From NCBI GenBank assembly GCA_008632985.1, contig QPGO01000002.1, forward strand, positions 992,001 to 1,056,000: a stretch of DNA of 64,000 nucleotides, in the 5' to 3' direction. The DNA comes from Psammoneis japonica. Its lineage: Eukaryota. Of the stretch, positions 59,901-64,000 are shown piece by piece. The notes beneath the pieces are model-generated. The model saw only the letters and a list, made by a program, of their open reading frames with translations, had not been told where the DNA came from and searched no databases. The position numbers and the translations under genes are program-made. The stretch's first letter is position 1; every line of letters begins with the position of its first letter.

Positions 59901-60200
59901 TCTCTTGTGACGTGCTGACAAAGCCTCAGATGCAGCAGTTTGTTGTGTTTTTGTCAATGGCGCTGCCATGATGACGACAAGTGGGGGGGGGCTCATCACT
60001 TTCCACCCGAACAACCATGTGAGAAGGAGGAGAATTCAGACAGACGATTCCTCACCAGGGCCGCCCGCATGTGGGCAATGCATTGTGGTGCCCTTGGGTG
60101 TGTTTCGTGCACAATTCTTCGCAGAAAAGTTTTGCGTGTGTAGATTTCATGCCAGTGACAAGTGCGGTGACTGGCGGTCACCTTGCCTCTTGAGAGTCAG
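57000..60200. mobile_element. Heavily eroded TpA/CpG-depleted repeat(s), possibly hAT-like in part
   Basis: Composition as in the other islands; possible BED-finger relic (AIC..PC....SHL) at 57718-57948 on the minus strand. Confidence 0.4.
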
Positions 60201-60413
60201 TCAATGCAGTAAAAAGAGCGCCCTCCCAAAGCAGTGCGGTCGACGCGGCGGCGGGTGTGGCGGTTATTCCACTGCGATCGGCGGACGCGGCACACTTTTT
60301 CTCAAAGACGAACGAACAGTTGCACAGCATTGGCGGCAACAGCTTTTGGAAAATCGCTCTGCCCTCTGCCATGGCGTTTATTTGCATTGCTACTAGAAGT
60401 ACTTACAACAAGC

Positions 60414-61880
60414 ATGAGTAAATTAGAGAGACTCCTCTTGATGAGCTTGCTGGGTTTTGCCTTGCTTCAGCTGCTTTCCTTTTACAACATTCACCATGCT
60501 ACCAACGTGCGAGTTGGTGACGACATGCAAATAGAAACAAACAGAAATTCATACAAAAACGACAACAATCGGTCTTTGATGGATTATTCTCCTTCAAGAC
60601 AAGAATCAGCCTCGGCCTGTCTCTTGATCATGGATGACAATCACTACTTGATTGAATGGATTGCCTATCATTATCACGTGTTGAATTTGCGCCACTTGAT
60701 TGTCGCCACTGACCCCAAGAGTAAAACGTCCCCCAGTCGAATCTTGAATCGCTGGAGAAACTACATTCAAATTGAAGAATGGACCGATGACGATTTTTGG
60801 CCAAGCAATACTACCAAGAAGTTAAGAAAATATGGCGGAGCGAGCGGTGAATTGAGAAAGCATCGTGCTCGACAAGGGCTCTTCACGTTGCAGTGCTTGC
60901 GGCATTTCAAGAGAAAGGACAAATCGTGGGTCCTACTCACGGATACTGACGAATATACAACCATTAACCCAAAATTTACACCAAGCGTCCTTCCGCAACA
61001 ACAGCAACGACCAATAATCGAACAGCCCGGGTCGGTCTTGACCTTTCTTAATGAAATGTTGCTTCCCGACAAAAAGGTCAAGGAGATTGACTATCCATGT
61101 GTGTATATGTATCGACATCAATTCAGCAACAAGGAGAGTCCACGCGACAAGGTCCAAGACGGGGTTCCTTCTTCACAACTGAATCCCTTTCATTTCCAAA
61201 CACTCCGTTGGAGATATTGTGATTGGATTGATTTATGGCACAATGCGACGATTGCCCATTGCAAGGTAACGAGGAAGTTGCCAGGAAAAACAATGATTGA
61301 TCTAAAGAGATTGAGATTATTGGATTTGTATCATCCCGCCAATGCTGGCAATCCACACTTTCCCCTCGAGGGACTGTGCCAATCGACGTGGCCCAAGCTG
61401 GCAACCTCCCCACTGGCGGTTCATCACTACATTGGCACGTTGGAACAGTGGCTGTACCGAACCGGAGATACCCGTGGCAACGCGTATCGAATGGCCTTGT
61501 ATGACCACACTAACGACTTTACAGGTAAGTCTGAAAATGATAATGTCCGATTGTGGCTCAAGGGTTTCGTGGACAATGTGGGTCAAGCGGAAGCGGTGCG
61601 ATTGTTGCAAGGAGTTGGACAACTCGAACCACTGCCGCAACAACAAAAACTCGTGGAGATTTCAAATCAAACTTCTAGCAATACTACACAAGACGTTTAC
61701 AAGGTGGGAGAAAGAGTTCAAGGAAACTACAAGGGAGACGGATACTGGTTTTGGGTTGACATTTTACGAGTGTATCCTGGAGGCTATTACAACATCTTGT
61801 ACGATGATTGTTCCCAAGAATTGGGAGTGCCCGCATCCATGCTTCGACGAACAGGCAAAGTGGATGAGCTAGAAAGGTAG
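60414..61880 (+). CDS. Type II membrane GT-A glycosyltransferase (GT92-like) with C-terminal Tudor/Agenet-like domain
   Basis: N-terminal anchor; SACLLIMDDNHYLIEWIAYHY, WVLLTDTDEY (DxD), GKT.ID, HHY; tail YKVGERVQGNYKGDGYWF..I......YNILYDD. Confidence 0.75.
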   Translation: MSKLERLLLMSLLGFALLQLLSFYNIHHATNVRVGDDMQIETNRNSYKNDNNRSLMDYSPSRQESASACLLIMDDNHYLIEWIAYHYHVLNLRHLIVATDPKSKTSPSRILNRWRNYIQIEEWTDDDFWPSNTTKKLRKYGGASGELRKHRARQGLFTLQCLRHFKRKDKSWVLLTDTDEYTTINPKFTPSVLPQQQQRPIIEQPGSVLTFLNEMLLPDKKVKEIDYPCVYMYRHQFSNKESPRDKVQDGVPSSQLNPFHFQTLRWRYCDWIDLWHNATIAHCKVTRKLPGKTMIDLKRLRLLDLYHPANAGNPHFPLEGLCQSTWPKLATSPLAVHHYIGTLEQWLYRTGDTRGNAYRMALYDHTNDFTGKSENDNVRLWLKGFVDNVGQAEAVRLLQGVGQLEPLPQQQKLVEISNQTSSNTTQDVYKVGERVQGNYKGDGYWFWVDILRVYPGGYYNILYDDCSQELGVPASMLRRTGKVDELER

Positions 61881-62079
61881 ACATTGTCTTGAGAATAATG
61901 TAGCTGGCTTTCCAGAAAGATGCTTGCCATTGTCGAAATGCACAAAAAATCTGAATAAGTTGAGGCGCCACCTTTTGGCTTGTTCGGGTCGTCGGAAGCC
62001 CTCGAGATTTTCCTGTGCACAGAACTGTCATTTCGCGTGGTTATGGGCAAGAAGGGGCTGCGTGTGATTTAATTTTGAG

Positions 62080-63500
62080 GTGCTGGTNGGTTTACCTTCC
62101 ATTCACACCTGCCAGTCCTGAACAACCCTTCTCTTGCTTGCCGACATGTCAAGCTCATTGTCCGAGTGGCAAACTCTCTGCTTTCGTCCCAGTGTCCAAA
62201 AGTGTGAAATTGAGTCAGTCTTTGTTGAAGGCAAGCCTCTTCCTCCTTGGAAGCCATGTTTTTGCTCCAGACGTTGTGCTGTTCTTGAACCAATTTCTGA
62301 ATGTGACTGTCCTTTGCTGTTGAAGTGTGGATGCTGTGTGTCCAGTGCCAAAGAAAGCAACAAACCCTTTCACATGTCTCATTTCATTTCAACCAGTTGT
62401 CTCCAGTGGGCATCACTGCAAGGTGGTGCAATGTCTGGCCAACTGCACTTGCTTCTGCTGCATCCCCAAGTGTGTGGGCTGGCTGGCACCAGCATTGCCA
62501 GGCAAAGGTGGGCTAAAACAGCACTTTGCACCAGTTTTTTTTTTTTGTGTTGACAAGCCCTCCTCTGGAGTGAGAGAATCTGCTCCCGTTGATTGATGAT
62601 TTTCAACCGACAAACACCAGCATTCTCTTGGCATCCCACTCTATGATGCAGTGGCAATGGTTTGTTTCACACAATGGCTTTTTTAACCTCAATTTCTTTT
62701 GGCAGCTTGTGAAAGTTGTGATGTTTGCCCATCCCAGCTCCAGCTTGCACCGATGATCAAAAGGACAGGTGGGGGTGACGGCTTGCTCCATGCTCTCAAC
62801 TCTTGACATCAAGCTCCAACAAGCCTTAACCCCTGCCAATGTTTCCATGATGTCTGTCATCATGGCCATGTCTTTTGCCTTGGGAGCATCATGGTTTTGC
62901 TGCATCACAGCATTGCCAACAACAGATGACGACACAGCATGGTGTGTGGCTCATTGCGCTCAATTGCAAACAAAGCCTGGATCATGACAATCCCAAAGAG
63001 ATCACTTTGGACATGACTGTGCAGCAGAAGTGGAGCAACATAGAGTCCAGCAGGAAACCATCATGATCAGACATTGGGAAACCTGTGAAAAATCTGCATG
63101 TTCTGATGTGCGCCCACAAAGAGATCCATCAACCCACTGAACAGCACCGCACTTAGACAGGGAGAGAGAGATTCTGTGGTCTGCTTGCACTGGCTGTGGT
63201 TGAGTCATTTTAGCATTGTCATGATGCTCTTTCAAGGCCGAGACTTTGTGCTCTCCTCAGTTTAAAACAAAGAGAGAAGCTCCTTTTTTGGGACTTCAGA
63301 TGCTGCAGTGACGTGTTGGGGCAAGCAGCTGCATTGTGCTTCCACTTCAGTGCAGAATGTGGCACAAGAGTTTGAGTTCCCAAACACAGCTTTTTTGTCA
63401 CAAAAGACATTGTGATCCCAGTGGTGCTTGCCAACTGATTCTTTGTCCTTCTAGCGTGCAGCCAGCAAATCGCACAATTTCATCAACTGAGCAATGATTG
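62080..63500. mobile_element. Eroded TpA/CpG-depleted repeat, possibly a hAT transposase relic
   Basis: Composition; plus-strand CVAHCAQL resembles the hAT CxxH motif; starts next to an ambiguous base at 62088. Confidence 0.35.
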
Positions 63501-64000
63501 ATCAGCAACAGTGGCAGGGGAGTGGAAATCCATGGATCTGCCCCTGCCCCGCACCACACTGTATGTCCTCTGAAGTTACACACAAATTTTGGGTTGTAGG
63601 TTATGACAGACATTTCCTCCATTCCTTGTGCGAACATGACAGCCTACACTCTACAGGAAATATTCCAAACAAGGCGAGAACAAAACAATTGTGTTTCTCT
63701 CGTGTAGCTAAATTAAAAGCAATGTCAAGAAACGGTAATACCTGCTTCCAATTAAACATCCAGAAAATCCCCTTGTGTTGTTCTGCTGTCATAAGCAGGG
63801 GGTTGCATTCTTCCCTGATTCCCACTGGCGTGTCCAGCCGAAAAATTACGCATTTCATTCTCCACTTCACGAATAAAGGCCAAACTGCCCCCAGCCGGAG
63901 AAAAAACCACTGTAAGTCGTGGACATCGAATCATATCAAAACAGCACGATCGATCTGGTTTTCCCGCAGACCGTGGCCACATAAAAAATGGCGTGGAGGG

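Noticed and set aside
63601..63982. Short minus-strand ORFs at the window end
   Set aside because: No recognisable domain; cannot be assessed without the flanking sequence.

Overview
Eukaryotic DNA, most likely a (pennate) diatom, judged from short GT-AG introns, Pro/Thr-stalk secreted proteins and a diatom-type TE repertoire (inference). Host genes: two copies of an EF-hand-containing ferric reductase/NADPH oxidase, a secreted M64-type metallopeptidase mosaic protein, MCM8 plus a decayed duplicate fragment, a tandem family of BRCT-like/UIM/DnaJ/OTU-like proteins, a MAPEG protein and a GT92-like glycosyltransferase. About half the window is mobile or decayed DNA: a near-complete Ngaro/PAT-type tyrosine-recombinase retrotransposon with split direct repeats, an older copy of it, a Crypton-like recombinase next to an AT-hook-RusA resolvase, and heavily eroded elements. 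The main signal is a repeat-targeted, two-strand hypermutation that converts TpA (and CpG) to TpG/CpA. It is the opposite direction to fungal RIP, can be read base by base in the duplicated MCM8 fragment, and has replaced the catalytic Tyr of the Ngaro recombinase.
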